64,000 nucleotides of DNA from Dendrobates tinctorius. Taxonomy: Eukaryota. Both the position numbers and the translations under genes were made by a program. The notes below the pieces were generated by a model, which saw only the letters and a program-made list of their open reading frames with translations, was not told the origin of the DNA and did not search any database. The stretch lies in NCBI RefSeq assembly GCF_039654945.1, contig NW_027361788.1, positions 5,642,001-5,706,000 of the forward strand. The letters run 5' to 3'. Position 1 is the stretch's first letter. Every line of letters begins with the position of its first letter. This document shows positions 1 through 12,934 of the stretch, one piece after another.

Positions 1-705
1 GTGGTACTGTGTGCTGTGAGCTGAGGAAAGTTTTTATTTTTCCTCCCTCTGCAGTCAACAATTCCTCTAAAGCTCGGGTGTTTGTATAGAAATGAGTCAT
101 GACAGTTTTCTTTTGTAATATAGGTCATGCAAGCTGAGAAGTCTCCTGCTGGAAATCCTCACTACTCGCACGTTGCTACAATCCTGTATATCGTAATCAG
201 ATACTTCACTGATTTTCTGACCTACTTGAGTTTCTGTTGCACAGTATCTAACACTTGGAACCATTATGATTAGTTTGACGATGCTGCAAACAAGCTAAGT
301 TCTAATGAATCCATCCAACACATTACAAAAAATATCACATATCTTAAAACATTATGTATTTCCAATCCCTTGATATTTTTATATTGAATTCCTCATTGGT
401 GAAAGGACAGGCAAAGAACAGTCTTTTAGGGTTCTAGATGCAGAATAAATAGATGAATTCGCATACAGATTAGCTGCCAATTGATTTTGCACCAAATGCA
501 TGTGCATGGATTTCTGCAAGATGCATTCTGATGAATGGGACAGTTGCAAACAGTTCTGCAACCACACCCTTAAAGAGGTAGTCCAGGCGTGGGACTCAAG
601 CCTGCAGTTGCTCTATTTGACTACAGACATGTAAATCCTCACAGTGTGCACTATGTGTGCTATCAGGATTCTCCAGTGGCGGGTAGGCGTGTGACCACAA
701 GTATG

Positions 706-940
706 CTGAAAGTGAAAAGATACAGATTAGATATTAGAAAAAACTTTTTCACAGTGAGGGAGATCAATGAGTGGAACAGGCTGCCAGGAGAGATGGTGAG
801 TTCTCCTTCAATGGAAGTTTTCAAACAGAGGCTGGACAGACATTTGTATGAGATGGTTTAGTGAATCCTACATTGAGCAGGAGGTTGGACATGATGACCC
901 CGGAGGCCCCTTCTAACTCTTAACATTCTATGATTCTATG
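706..940 (+). mobile_element. CR1 LINE 3' fragment
   Basis: RT C-terminal peptide RYRLDIRKNFFTVREINEWNRLP...FKQRLD, followed by a CR1-type 3' UTR ending in ATTCTATGATTCTATG. Confidence 0.9.
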
Positions 941-1590
941 ACATCACTCTCCCAACTCTCTGACTGAACATGTGGCTTTTTCTTCCTCCCTGGAATCAGC
1001 CCCTTGAATGGGCAGAAGTGCTCACATCCTCTCCCTTAAACATTTGCTTTTAACTTAAAGGGAACCTGTCACCAGGTTTGGCCGATATGAGGTACAGCCA
1101 CCACCTTTCAAGGCTGATATACAGCATTCTATAATGCTGTATATCGGCCCCCAACCCGACCTAGAAGAACTGAAAAATAACTTTTATTATACTCACCTGC
1201 AGGCGGTCTGATCCGAGGGCTGTCGCTCTTCTTGGTCCGGCACCTCCCTTCTTCTTACGATCGCCGTCCTCCTTCTTGGTTCATTTGGATGACGCGTCTC
1301 TGCATCATCCACACAGTCTGCTCGGCCTAGTGCTCCTGCACAGGTGTTCTTATCTGCCCTGTTGAGGGCAGAGCAAAGTCCTGCAATACACAGACGCTGA
1401 ATCCCTCTGACCTTTCCCGGCACCTGCGCGCTACAGGACTTTGCTCTGCCCTCAACAGGGCAGATAAGTACGCCTGGGTGATGCAGGGATACGTTATCCA
1501 CACGACCCAAGAAGGAGGATGGCGATCGTAAGAAGATGGGAGGTTCCAGAGACCAAGAAGAGCGACACCCCTCGGACCGGACCACTTCGC

Positions 1591-3129
1591 CGTAAGACAG
1601 GGACAGGACCGTAGTCACCTGAATAACTGCTATATCCATGTCCAGTCCTTCCCCTACAGAAAAATGTACTCTTTTCTTCTGTATACCTGCATCTCCAGAA
1701 TCAGCTTCCTCTGGGCACGTCCCAGGCGATAATGGTCACTCTTCCAGGCAACCACCAGCAATGAAGACACAGTCCAAGTCAACTTAAACACTTTCTTTCC
1801 CTTTCTGGCTGTCGCTTCTGTGCAGTACACGCCCGGACCAAACTGTCCTAGACTGCTCCCCAGTTCCTTCCTGGCCTGACCTTGCCCTGATGACACTTCC
1901 TTCTGCCTGTTTTGCCCCAGACTCAAAATCATTAGTAATCAAGTTTGGTTGCCACTGGTAAAGCATCTGTCCCGTCTGTACCGATCTCGTCGAAGATCCA
2001 ACTTCCTTCATCTCACCTGTCGACCTGATTCCTGCCCTAAAAGGATCTGCCCAGGTGATAAGTCGCCACATTCTTTCTTTCCTGCACTGGCCCACTGCTA
2101 TGAGACACAGTGGCCTTGGGTAACATGGGTTGCAGCACTTAAACGTTACTGGACTGCCAAGCTGTCTGGGGCTAAATAGCCCATGTGGACGCTAGGGCAC
2201 CCTGGCCACTTCTGACCTAACCTTCCTCTTACTACTCGGCAGCCCCTCCTACAATTAACCCTCTATAACAATCCTATCAACTAAACCTATCAGGCCCACT
2301 AGTATGCCACCACCAAGTGGCCCTCAATAGAACTACACTTACCCGAGTCTATAGGAACTATATACTAAAAGTGCCTTCCTCTAATGTCCCCAAAAGGATG
2401 TACAAACTTACCCTAACTCTACATGCACAACAGACACATTATATTGTGCAATAATACAATACAAGAACACAAGACAATATATTACAGCTTTCTACAAAAT
2501 GGTAACACATACATGTGGCAATACCTAGAGTTGAGCGAAAAAGGGTGGCCAGATTCATAAGTCGCCAACTTATGGCAAAGTCGAGTTTCGCAGACCGAAA
2601 CCCGAAAACAGCGGGAAGTCGGCCATGCGGTCAGCAAAACGATTGCGAAAGTCGGATTTCCCAGAATGCTTGCACGTGACTTTTTTCAGCCACTGAGCAA
2701 GAACGTACACTGTGGGCAACGAGATGACATGCTCAGGGTCTGGGGAGAGAGAGAGAGTTTTCGCGCACTTTAAAAAAGCGGTCCGGCATGTAGGTGTGTT
2801 TACTGTCCTCCATTCCCTGCTGACTTTGCTTCCCCATTGACTTGCATTGGGTTTGCATTTTTTTTGTCGGACCTTCGATTTTTCACGATAGTTGGCCAAT
2901 TTCGTTCGACTCGACTTTTGAGAAAGTCAGGTTTCATGAAACCCGACTCGACCCTAAAAAAGGCAAAGTCGCTCATCTCTAGAAATACCATTAAAGACGA
3001 GTGATAATACATAATTTATATGTAGCAGTACCGCAGGCATTTATCATAGACACATTTGCAAACATTAACAACCAGAAGACAATCAGAGGGAAGGGAAGTA
3101 AGAAAGACATCAAATCTCAACCCCTTACA
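1591..3129 (-). mobile_element. Solo-LTR-like insertion inside the T2 MITE
   Basis: Interrupts the MITE palindrome; ends (C)GTAAG...CCCCTTACA; locally similar to 46366-47362; no clean TSD. Confidence 0.55.
2526..2981. mobile_element. Non-autonomous hAT element (MITE)
   Basis: TIRs TAGAGTTGAGCGA / TCGCTCATCTCTA; 8-bp TSD GCAATACC/GAAATACC (7/8); right half matches 43180-43370. Confidence 0.88.
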
Positions 3130-3556
3130 AGTATAATAAAAGCTATTTTCAGCTCTTCTAGGTTGGGTTGAGGGCCGATATACAGCATTATAGAATGCTA
3201 TATATCAGCCCTGAAAGGCGGTAGCCCTAACTCATATCAGCCAAACCTGGTGACAGGTTCCCTTTAAAGAATGAAGAACATTGCAGAAGCCCATCACGTT
3301 AGATTGAATGTGAGGCCCCCTGTAGTGACGGTTCCCCTGGGTCTACTATCCCCATCCATACAATGGGTCTAGTGGCTGGGAGAACAATGGCTTGAGGCCC
3401 CTGAGATACTGTTGAGATTAAAAGATTGATTTACATTTATCTTAACAATCTCCTTCTGTATACATAAAATCCAACCTGCAAGTCTTCCTCTGCTTACTAT
3501 CACTGAATGAAAACATTGATTCTTGAGGCAGAATTGACCAGCAAGCAAATCTCTAA

Positions 3557-4237
3557 AGCTGGAGTCACACATAGCAACTTACCAACGATCCCGACAACGA
3601 TATCAACGTGTCAGGATTGCTGCTAAGTCGCTATGTGATCGCTGCTGAGCTGTCAAACAGACAGCTTCACCAGCGATTAGCACAGCGATGCCGAGCGCGC
3701 GGCGTCGCTGTGTTCGTTAGCGCTGATGCCATAGATCCATGTAAAAAATAGAATTAAAATAAAAAATATTGTTATTCTCACCTTCCGACGTCCCGCGCAG
3801 CATTCCTGCCTCTCTCCACGCTCCGGTCCCAGTAATCCTTTGCGAGAATGACCGCAATGATGTCCGTTCTCGCGGGATCGCGAAGTATCGCGGTCATTCT
3901 TGCAAAGGATTACTGGGACCGGAGCATGGAGAGAGGCAGGAATGCTGCGCGGGACGTCGGAAGGTGAGAATAACAATATTTTTTTTTATTATTATTATTT
4001 TACACCTGATCGCTGGTCTCCCGCCTGTCACACGCAGCGATGCGTGCTGGCCAGAGGGAGATCAGCGACGAAAAAAATGTCCAGAGGTTTCTTGCAGCGA
4101 TCAGCGATACCGGCAGGGGGGCCGGTCGCTGGTCAGTGTCACACACAGCGATCTCGCTGGTGAGATCGCTGTTGTGTCACAAAAGTTGTGACTCAGCAGC
4201 TATCTCGCTAGCGAGATTGCTATGTGTGACGGGGCCT
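3557..4237. mobile_element. PIF/Harbinger-type MITE
   Basis: Imperfect TIRs AGCTGGAGTCACACATAGC / GCTATGTGTGACGGGGCCT; TAA/TTA flanks; long internal palindrome ~3750-4000. Confidence 0.8.
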
Positions 4238-4240
4238 TTA

Positions 4241-4436
4241 GGCTAGGTTCACATTTGTGGCTGGGCGAGCTGTGGAGGGCTGCGGACGTCCTCCGTGAAG
4301 CTCCGCCCACGGCCACGCCTCATCCGGCCAGCGCTGCATATGGCGCTGGCCGGATGAGGCGTGGCCATGGGCGGAGCTTCACGGAGGACGTCCGCAGCCC
4401 TCCGCAGCTCGCCCAGCCACAAATGTGAACCTAGCC
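4241..4436. mobile_element. PIF/Harbinger-type hairpin MITE
   Basis: Near-perfect 196-bp palindrome GGCTAGGTTCACATTTG...CAAATGTGAACCTAGCC; TTA/TAA flanks. Confidence 0.88.
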
Positions 4437-4587
4437 TAATAAAAACGCAGCCAACAAATCTGTAACAAAACACCGCAATAATATCGACTTAACCGATGCT
4501 CCATGCTGGAGAAAATCTGCATCCCTTAGAGCTGTGGAGTCTGCTCTACGTGCATTGGTCCAATAGTCTTTAGTAAGTGGCCAGCTC

Positions 4588-4590
<3 letters not shown>

Positions 4591-4626
<36 letters not shown>
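4591..4626. repeat. (AT)n microsatellite
   Basis: Direct reading. Confidence 0.95.
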
Positions 4627-4632
<6 letters not shown>

Positions 4633-5481
4633 TATCCTGAAATGTTGCACTTTTCCTTGATCACTGAGCCTCATAGTAGACTGACCCTTCTTGTTCTGTA
4701 GAAATTACTTCTCAGCGGTCTTCACCAAGACAAGATTATATTGACAGGTGACACCTATATATTGATTCACTATCCATAATTGGTGATGGTTAAAGCTCAT
4801 CTCATCCTCCTCCCTGCACAATTACCTCTGTACAGGTCGCAAAACATGCCTAGAAGTTAATGATACATGTGGCTTCTGTAAAATATATGCTATTATAACA
4901 ACAGAAGCTCGGGTAATATGTCACCCCCATGAACTTGTACAGTTAATACAAAAAACTGAAAACAGGGGAAAAAACTAAGATCATAAAAAAGCAATATTTC
5001 TGACTCTGGCTTTGATTCCTTAATAACAATAGTAAGTAAATGATTCCCTTTACAAGGAATTCCTAAAAGGCTGACGAACCTCCATCATAAAATGTAGAGT
5101 CCATAACCGGAGTGCATTCTTGATATGGTGGAACCAGTTTGAACACTCCTTCTGGATGATTTAGTAGGTGCTTTTCACAATATCCTTGGCCTTCTGTTTA
5201 ATTATTCACCATGCTCCTTTGTTATATGTGAGATTTATTGGGACATTTTTTTTAAAGGTCACTTTATCATGTAAAGTGTCTAGGGAAGTGTCTAGTTCTT
5301 TAGTAAAGATATGCTGAAAGGAATTGTATTCTAAATGTCTTCTGAATACAAAAGGGCAGTAAATTAGCTTTTTCTTTCTCTTTTTTTCTTTTTTTTGACA
5401 CTAGAAATTAAACAGATTTTTGTAAATAATAATATTATCATTACAAAATTTATTAGTTTTTTTGTAATGCATAGGATTTAA

Positions 5482-5902
5482 AGGGAATATGTTACCATTT
5501 TATCCTGTTTCATCTGAAAGCAGCATAATGTAGAGATAGAGACCCTGATTCTAGCGATGTATTACTTACTGGCTTCTTGCTTCGGTCTTGATAAAATCCC
5601 AGTTTTACCTGCTGAGCTCTATATAACCCTGCCCACACCTCTGATTGGCTGCTTTATCTGTACATTGTGCATAGGTAAAAATCTACCAATCAGTAGCGGG
5701 GGTGGGGATATACAGAGCTCATGAATATGGAAGACTACATGGCAGCAGGTTTATTAGTCCTCTAGTGATAATCTAAAACTAATTTAATTATCAAAACTAC
5801 ATAACATAGCACAGTAAGTGACACATCGCTTGAATCAGGGTCTCTGCCCCTACATTATGCTGCTCTCAAAATTAGGTGGCAAAAATCTGGTGACAGCTTC
5901 CC
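5482..5902. mobile_element. Degenerate T2/Kolobok-type MITE
   Basis: TTAA-AGGGAATATGTTACCA ... TGGTGACAGCTTCCC-TTAA; subterminal inverted matches GCAGCATAATGTAG/CTACATTATGCTGC and AGAGACCCTGATT/AATCAGGGTCTCT. Confidence 0.75.
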
Positions 5903-7265
5903 TTAACAGCTTGGAAAAAACCTAGAGTGCATATAACATAAAAATATATGATGGAAATAACAATTTTGGTTCCCCTTATAAAATAGTGAAAAATGACTAA
6001 CACATAATTTTTAAAGGGAAAACATAGTTTATTGTCTTTTCTAACGTCCGTTTTTATAAGGAAGCTCCTAAGTTCTCCTCAGTAGTGGTTACAGCCAACC
6101 AGAATAATAATAATTTTAATTTATAATTTCTATCAACTTGATCTCAGTTGATAGATAATGTAATAAATAGACAATCAACAAATCAATTTATTGAAAAATT
6201 ATGTTGTCATACCAGTGAAAAATCAATCTAAAATGCCAGCAAAAAAAAAAATGGCCTCCTTGGTTATTTGCTTCCTGCTGCCTGTGCTCAAGTGAAATTT
6301 TATATCTTGAAGCAGAGACATGTAAATGGATTACTAGAAGTCAGGGGCAGGATGTTGTTTCTGCTCTTGCTCTCCTGTCTGCCAAACTATATACAGCCAT
6401 AAAAGAAAGGTGAGCTTTGAGTTCAGGGCAGGCAAGCCAATGTACAATGTAAAGAGGATGGCATCCTGTGAAGTAAGGAAAAGATAGTTCTGGTACCTAG
6501 TATGGTATCTATAGTGCTGGCAGAATTCTGATGAAAAGGAACTGCCCAATCAAGAAGAATGGATGTGCAGTTATAGTGCATGGCAATCAGATTTCCTGAA
6601 ATATTAACAAATTTGTCATCTATTTAAAATGTTGTCCTTGGATAGATGTCAACATTAGGGAACAGTTATGGAAGGATGTGTCAAGGACTTTCTCTTTTCA
6701 TTTATGGGGAATGCCAAGATATGTTTCCATTATTGTGTTGATCTTTTTTTATCTGATACTACTGACTAAGTGTGATCTTCCAGTAATAACCTTGTCTGAT
6801 GGCAGAAGGTTAATGCTCATTCTCTGAGTTCTTTATTCTCAGGTAGCAAATTAAAAAAAGCAATGTTAGCATAAAAGGAAACATTTCGTATGAAGCGTAA
6901 GGCTATGAGACATCATTTCCTGGCTTCCCCCGTGACCTAACTCTAGGAACGATGGCATGTTGGTACTTACCGCAGGCAACAGAAAACCATTGTGATCACT
7001 TTTCATTTCCTTGCATTTGACAATACATAGAAACTGTATCTGCCGTGACCTACTCTGGTGTCAACTACTGATTTACCTTGTTCTGCGACAATGATTTTTT
7101 TTTTTTTTGCCTTAACGTGCCACATAGAAAACAAATATTTTTGCAATTTGATCAAGTTTATTACACAATGATCCTAACCACACTTTGGTTATGTTAATTA
7201 AAGTTTGTGCTCTTTATTATTGAAAAAAAAACAGAAACAAAAAGGTGAGTAATGGTAACTTTTTC

Positions 7266-8347
7266 TGGATCGCCCGCCAGGGCCGTGGGGTACTCGGTGC
7301 CGGGCCGCTTCTTAAAACGGCGGTGTCACAGTGGCACTGAGCCGGTCCATGGCCCTGGGCATCCAATAAAAGGGGTATATTTACAAGGGATGAAAATAAA
7401 GAGTTTGTAACAGAGTTTGTGACGGCACCTGTGGTATCTGATCAGAGGTGACCAGCGCTTGCAGTGCAGATCCTCTGGGACTGATGGAGTGATGCAGCAA
7501 AGTTGGTATAGCTCTCCACAGGGAGAGCTTTGTCCCAGGGCAGATGTATCTTATAGAAGATGATGATGTAGTGTTAGGCCAGAGATGTAGCAGTCCTGAG
7601 AAGATGTTCCTGAAAGAATTCAGAGCACTCAGCTTGGTGCAGTTCCAAAGCTTTACTCACAGTTCTGGTGCGCACAGATGCCCGCTTGGTGCTGCGTCAT
7701 CCAGGTCAGGGGTCCAGCAAACTTCCAGGCACATGGAGAACTCCTTTCCTGAACTCCCTTCAGTGTGTTCCTTTCCTGGCCGTCTCTCTGTGCTGATTTC
7801 TACTCCTCTTCCTTCCCAGCACCTCACAGTCAGTGTCCCAGGCCAGCAGCCGTGGACCTTATCGGGTAACGTCCTCTCTACGTTCCCTTGCTCCCTTTTG
7901 GCTGCCTTTCCGGAGAAGATAACTGTGGCTTGTGGCTGAGGTACCCTAAAGGTGCCTCTACCTCCGGCTTGCTAGTTGAGGCGGGTGTTCACTCCACTAG
8001 GCTAGGGTGCCGGCAACCCCGTGCAACCTGGTCCCTTCGCTTATGGATCGGATCCCTGCTGACAGGGAGGTGCTGCACACGTTCTCTCACTTCCTCCCCT
8101 CAGGGAAGACTGCTCTAGCTCTAACTCTCTTCTCCCACTCTAAAGATATCAGCTCCACCCACCTCCCAACACCCTTTATGACCCAAGCAGGGGTTATCCA
8201 GGGTGCCCTGCTACTCTAGGGTGTGTGCTGGGTGCAGGTGTAGAGTCCTGTGAGATGCCTCCACCTTACCTGGGAAGTGGGTGGGATACCACACCGCTGG
8301 GTGAGGTGCAGTACCTATGTGGCGACTGAACTCTCAGGGGCACCACA
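7266..8347 (-). repeat. 3' LTR
   Basis: Ends CTCAGGGGCACCACA next to the PPT; same family as 48567-49852. Confidence 0.8.
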
Positions 8348-8565
8348 TACCCCCCCGTTAAATACAGCACATCTGCGGGCTGAAACAGAGTGAATAGGGT
8401 GTTACAAGAACATACAAAAATTTTTGGAAATGTACATTTCAACAGGTAAATAAACACAACTTCCCTTTATGGGAGGCACTTTTCTTTAACATTACATAAT
8501 AACATTTCAAAACATTACTTCCTATGAAAGTACCAATATTACTCTTATCATACTATACTACCTAA

Positions 8566-9175
8566 AGGCCCCGTCACACACAGCTATCTCGTTAGCGAGA
8601 TCGCTGATTTTGTGACGCCACAGCGATCTCTCCAACGACATCGCTGTGTGTGACGGGGATCAGCAACCAGCCCCCTGCCTGTTATCGCTGATCGTGCAGC
8701 ATCGGCCTGGGCTGTTTTTCGATCACTTGTCTCCCGCTGGCCAGCTCGTATCACTGCGTGTGGCAGCGAGAGACCAGCGATCAGCGACGCTGGACGCTGG
8801 TTTCTAATGTAACCATCGGGTATCCAGGAGCCGCGGCTCCTGGATACCCGCTGTTTACCTTGGAAACCGGCGTACACGGTGGTTTCCAAGGTAAACATCT
8901 GGTATCCAGGAGTCGTGCAGATCTTAGATACCCGATGTTTACCTTGGAAACTAGCGTGTATGCTGGTTTCCAAGGTAAACAACGGGTATCCAGGAGCCGC
9001 GGCTCCTGGAAAACCGATGTTTACATTAGAAACCAGCGTCCAGCATCGCTGATCCTGATTGCTGGGGCGGTCTATGTGACAGCTCACCAGTGATCAACCT
9101 AACGATGTCCCAGTGATCCCATCATGTCGGATCGTTGGTGGGATCGCTAGGACATCGTTATGTGTGAAGGGGGCT
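8566..9175. mobile_element. PIF/Harbinger-type MITE
   Basis: TAA TSD; TIRs AGGCCCCGTCACACA / TGTGTGAAGGGGGCT; same family as 3557-4237; palindromic internal repeats. Confidence 0.85.
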
Positions 9176-9846
9176 TAACATTCTCCTTTTCATTAAGTGT
9201 TTCCAAGTTCTGCAAGAGTACCATCATTATCCCTCTTCCCAGACTATTGGCAGCAACCGTTATCGCCTATCAGGTTCGCCACCACATTATACAATACCAT
9301 TCTTATCAAGATACCATCTTATAAAATAACACTACTTCATTCTCGTTAAACACTATTGTTTACCCTCATTAAGCTAAAAAACATTCTTTCATACTGTATC
9401 AGCTACCAGATACCTTTACCTTCAGAAAATACTATTATTTTCTTTCTTCAGACCATTATCCATCATTAGCTATCAATTGCTATAAAACATTCACTATTAA
9501 AGATCAGAAACATACATCATTCACTTATACATTTTAATTATAGAAAAACATTCTTTGCTTTAAGTGCAAAACAGTGCAGTTAAATTTCTTTATTAAATGC
9601 AATCAGAAACGGTTATCAAACAAGGTAGTTCTTAATTGCAATCCCCATCCGGGGTGTCTTCTTGTGTCCTAAGAGCAAAAATGGGCGGGCTGAAAGGCAT
9701 GGCTGGTCTCCTGCTGGGACCACATGTTCGGCCACGCCAAACGGGTTTTCGTTCTTTGGTCTGTTAAAGGAATAGAGTGTACTATCCACACTCTTAAAGG
9801 GGTGTTGTAAACCCAAGAAGAAGCACCTTAAGAAGTGCTAACTATA

Positions 9847-10623
9847 TGTAGAGGTGGGTGAGCCGAGCTGGGGGGAGGTCTCTCTTCTTACCGCGCAGAG
9901 ATAAAACAGAGACAATTGGAGGCAACATTCGGGTACAACAGGTCCAGGTTTATTCGCTTGCCGTCCGCCTGACAGCCTCTGAAGTACACCGCACTTCACT
10001 TCAATTCACTTCACTTTCCTGAGCCTCCGTTTCTAGGCCCACTTTACACACCGTACCTTAGCACCAGGGACGTACATGCACGTACCGTCCCTACTTCACT
10101 TGATGACGCTGCTGACAGGTCCGTCACTGTGGCCGCCTTAGGCCCGTACACCAACAGTAATTTTACTGGTCAGACGTCTTCTTCCACACGGTATGTTTCG
10201 CCTCTGTCTCGTCCTTTTTGCCTTACTTTCCTGTCAGGACCACCCCCCTGATGTTCTCTCTCCTCAGTCCCCCTGGTCTGGATTCACCTCACAGCGCACA
10301 GACTGTTGCAGTCCTCCTGTCACTGAGGCTCCCCCTGGGGACTGGAACTTTCTGGAACCCTCCCTCAGTATTTATAGCTAACCCGGTTCCTTGAAACTGT
10401 CACTCCGCCCCCCATGACCAACGGTTTCTAAAGCCCTAAGCTGATGTCAAGTCCTTTGCTCACACTCCCCCCTGCCATCTAATGGTCAACCCAAGGTACT
10501 GCACGTCCACTACACTTTCCTAGCTGTTTTCCCACTGTAATACCTGACACCTACCCACACTGTGCAAACCTTTCCTTCTTCACTCTGACTAGACCGTCCG
10601 TCCATCAGGTCACCTTCCCTACA
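9847..10623. mobile_element. Solo LTR
   Basis: TGTAG...CTACA termini; perfect 4-bp TSD TATA. Confidence 0.75.
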
Positions 10624-11459
10624 TATATACAATGAAAGTTTTGATCACTCACTGTTCATGATCCTATTGTCTCTGTCAAACTTTAACTATTTACAGTCAT
10701 GCTTACTTGTTCTTTTTACTGCTTCTGCTGCTTCCAGGGAAGGATCATTCCTGTCCATGGGCACATTGCATAGCACTAGGATCATCGATTCCACCACTGG
10801 TGTCTGTGCGACTGGTGTGCACTGAGTTGATGGGGGTGTCAGGGGCTCCACCAGGGTGTCATCGACTGTAGCAGTGATGTCGTTGCCTGTTACCTGCATT
10901 TCTCCGGTGCCGGACTCCTTCTATTGTGACACCGCTGTTGGTTGCGTCTGCAGCTCCTCAACCTTTCCTTCCAGACGCGCCAGGTCAATAGCAGACGACT
11001 CGGTGAAGCCTCTATCTTCCTGGCCGGGGGAGCCTTCTTCTTCCACCCCACGCCCAGCAAGCCTCTGCTCACCTCTCACCATGTCGTCTTCCTGGTGCTC
11101 TTCCTTCTCTTCCACTCTGTTTCCCACCGCAAGGCCTTTCTCCACCCCCCAGGGGTGGTGTCTCTTTCCTTTGCCACCATACCAAGCCAGGATGCGGACC
11201 CCTCTGGCTGTCGGCCATGATGCTGTAGCATAGAAGTACAGGCAGGGGAGGTTCATGTTGTTTCGCGCTCTTTCTTTGGGTACCGCCCACAATGGCACGC
11301 CTCACTGCACACCTCGTGGAACTGCCATGGCAGCCATTTTTACAGTCCAAATCACAATCCAATAAGTTTTCTCCTTTACACATGCTGTTAAGTAATCTCT
11401 CAATTCAGTACAGTCTCTGGCACACAGGACCCGGTGATACCGGGCTTGCTATTTGAGTC

Positions 11460-11903
11460 CGTTGTTCACACCACTAGGCTAGGGTGGCGGCAACCCCGTG
11501 CAACCTTATCCCTCCGCTTACGGATCGGGCCCCACGGAAAGTATGATCGCAATCCGTGCCCCTAGGAGCCTTCCCTCTTCAGAGAGCTTCCTTCAGTCTC
11601 TTTCCTTCCCAGCAGCTCCTGCTGACAGGGAGGTGCTGCACACGTCCTCTCACTTCCTCCCCTCCGGGAAGACTGATCTAGCTCTAACTCTCTTCTCCCG
11701 CTCTAAAGCTATCAGCTCCACCCACCTCCCAACACCCTTTATGACCCAAGTAGGGGTAATCCAGGTAATCCTACTCTAGGGTGTGTGCTGGGTGCAGGTG
11801 TAGAGTTCTGTGAGATGCCTCCACCTTACCTGGGAAGTGGGATTCCACACCTCTGAGTGAGGTGCAGTACCTCTGTAGCGACTGAACCCTCAGGGGCACC
11901 ACA
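11460..11903 (-). repeat. Partial 5' LTR
   Basis: Matches ~7985-8347; the remainder of the LTR is missing. Confidence 0.75.
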
Positions 11904-12934
11904 GTTCTAAATGTATGGCAAATAATGAACTTGTTATAAAGTCCGTTTTGAAGAAGTTTATCTGACAAGGGATGTATTTTGCTTTTATTTATTACAGTAG
12001 TTTCTGTTCTCTACTATCAAAAATTAACAACTAAAATGTGAGTAGGAAATGGAGGAAATTGTAATTTGTTCTCCTAAATCGATAGCAAATAGTGAACTTG
12101 TCGTAAAGTCAGTTTTGGAGATGTGTAATTTGAAGTTTATGTATTCTTGAAAACTCTCTCGCCCACTATCTTCACAGCAATTTGCCTTTTAGGAGACAAA
12201 CCTGGACCTTTTACTAATGCCACCTAAAAGTGATTCCAGCTTTTAAAATGTCTGCCCATCGCTTTAAGATTTGAAAAAATGTGGCAAGGATAAAGAGGGG
12301 TAAAAAAAAATTCTAAGTGAGGTTAAATGGTGAAAAAAAACATCAATTCCGCTGTTGGTTTTTGGATTTTGTTTCGTATTCATTGTTCAAGTGGTTGGAT
12401 ACTATCTTATTAACTCCTTTTTAATATCCACCTGGTAAAATAAAAATAACAGATACTAGCCTCTTGCATGCAAGGCCGCCATCAGGGCATGACAGCCCTT
12501 ACTGTTGTATGGGGCCCGGTGAACAGCAGTAGAGAAGGGGGCCCGCAGATCAGGGGCCCCGCTCCTGTGCTGCCAGTCATCGGGCCCCAAGTGCTGTGTG
12601 TCATCGGGCGCCGGTCGGGCCCCAAGTGTGCTCTGCGGTCGGGCCCCTAATGTGCGCTGCGGCCGAGTCTGCAGCGCACACATCAGCAGAGCAGCCACAG
12701 CGCCCGACATCCGAAAGTTAGAGAAGTGCTTAAGGACCTGTGGTGACGCTATCATTATCACAGGCCTTCAGCATTGATCAGCTCCGCCCCTTGATCACAT
12801 GACGATAACGTCACCACAGGTCCTTTCAGCTCACACAGCAGCAGCTCCATCTTCACTGCAGGAGCGAGGTCAGGTAAGAAGAAAGTTTTTGTTTTATTTT
12901 ATTATTGAAAGGGGCAATATGTTTCCCTGGCAGA

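Larger units (their letters stand above)
1059..3263. mobile_element. T2/Kolobok-type MITE with nested insertions
   Basis: TTAA on both sides (1055-1058, 3264-3267); ~130-bp TIRs AGGGAACCTGTCACCAGGTTTGG / CCAAACCTGGTGACAGGTTCCCT; palindromic interior 1193-1590. Confidence 0.85.
7266..11903 (-). mobile_element. Non-autonomous LTR element (no recognisable gag/pol)
   Basis: TG...CA ends; 4-bp TSD TTTC/GTTC; ~7985-8347 repeated at ~11460-11903; minus-strand polypurine tract at 8348-8357. Confidence 0.8.

Noticed and set aside
100-570. Short ORF 379-567
   Set aside because: No recognisable motif; length expected by chance
570-705. Possible T2 MITE start (TTAAAGAGGTAGTCCA)
   Set aside because: No matching right TIR found with confidence
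4630-7260. Possible host exons or conserved non-coding sequence in the unique AT-rich stretch
   Set aside because: No convincing splice-bounded ORF or recognisable peptide; needs cross-species alignment
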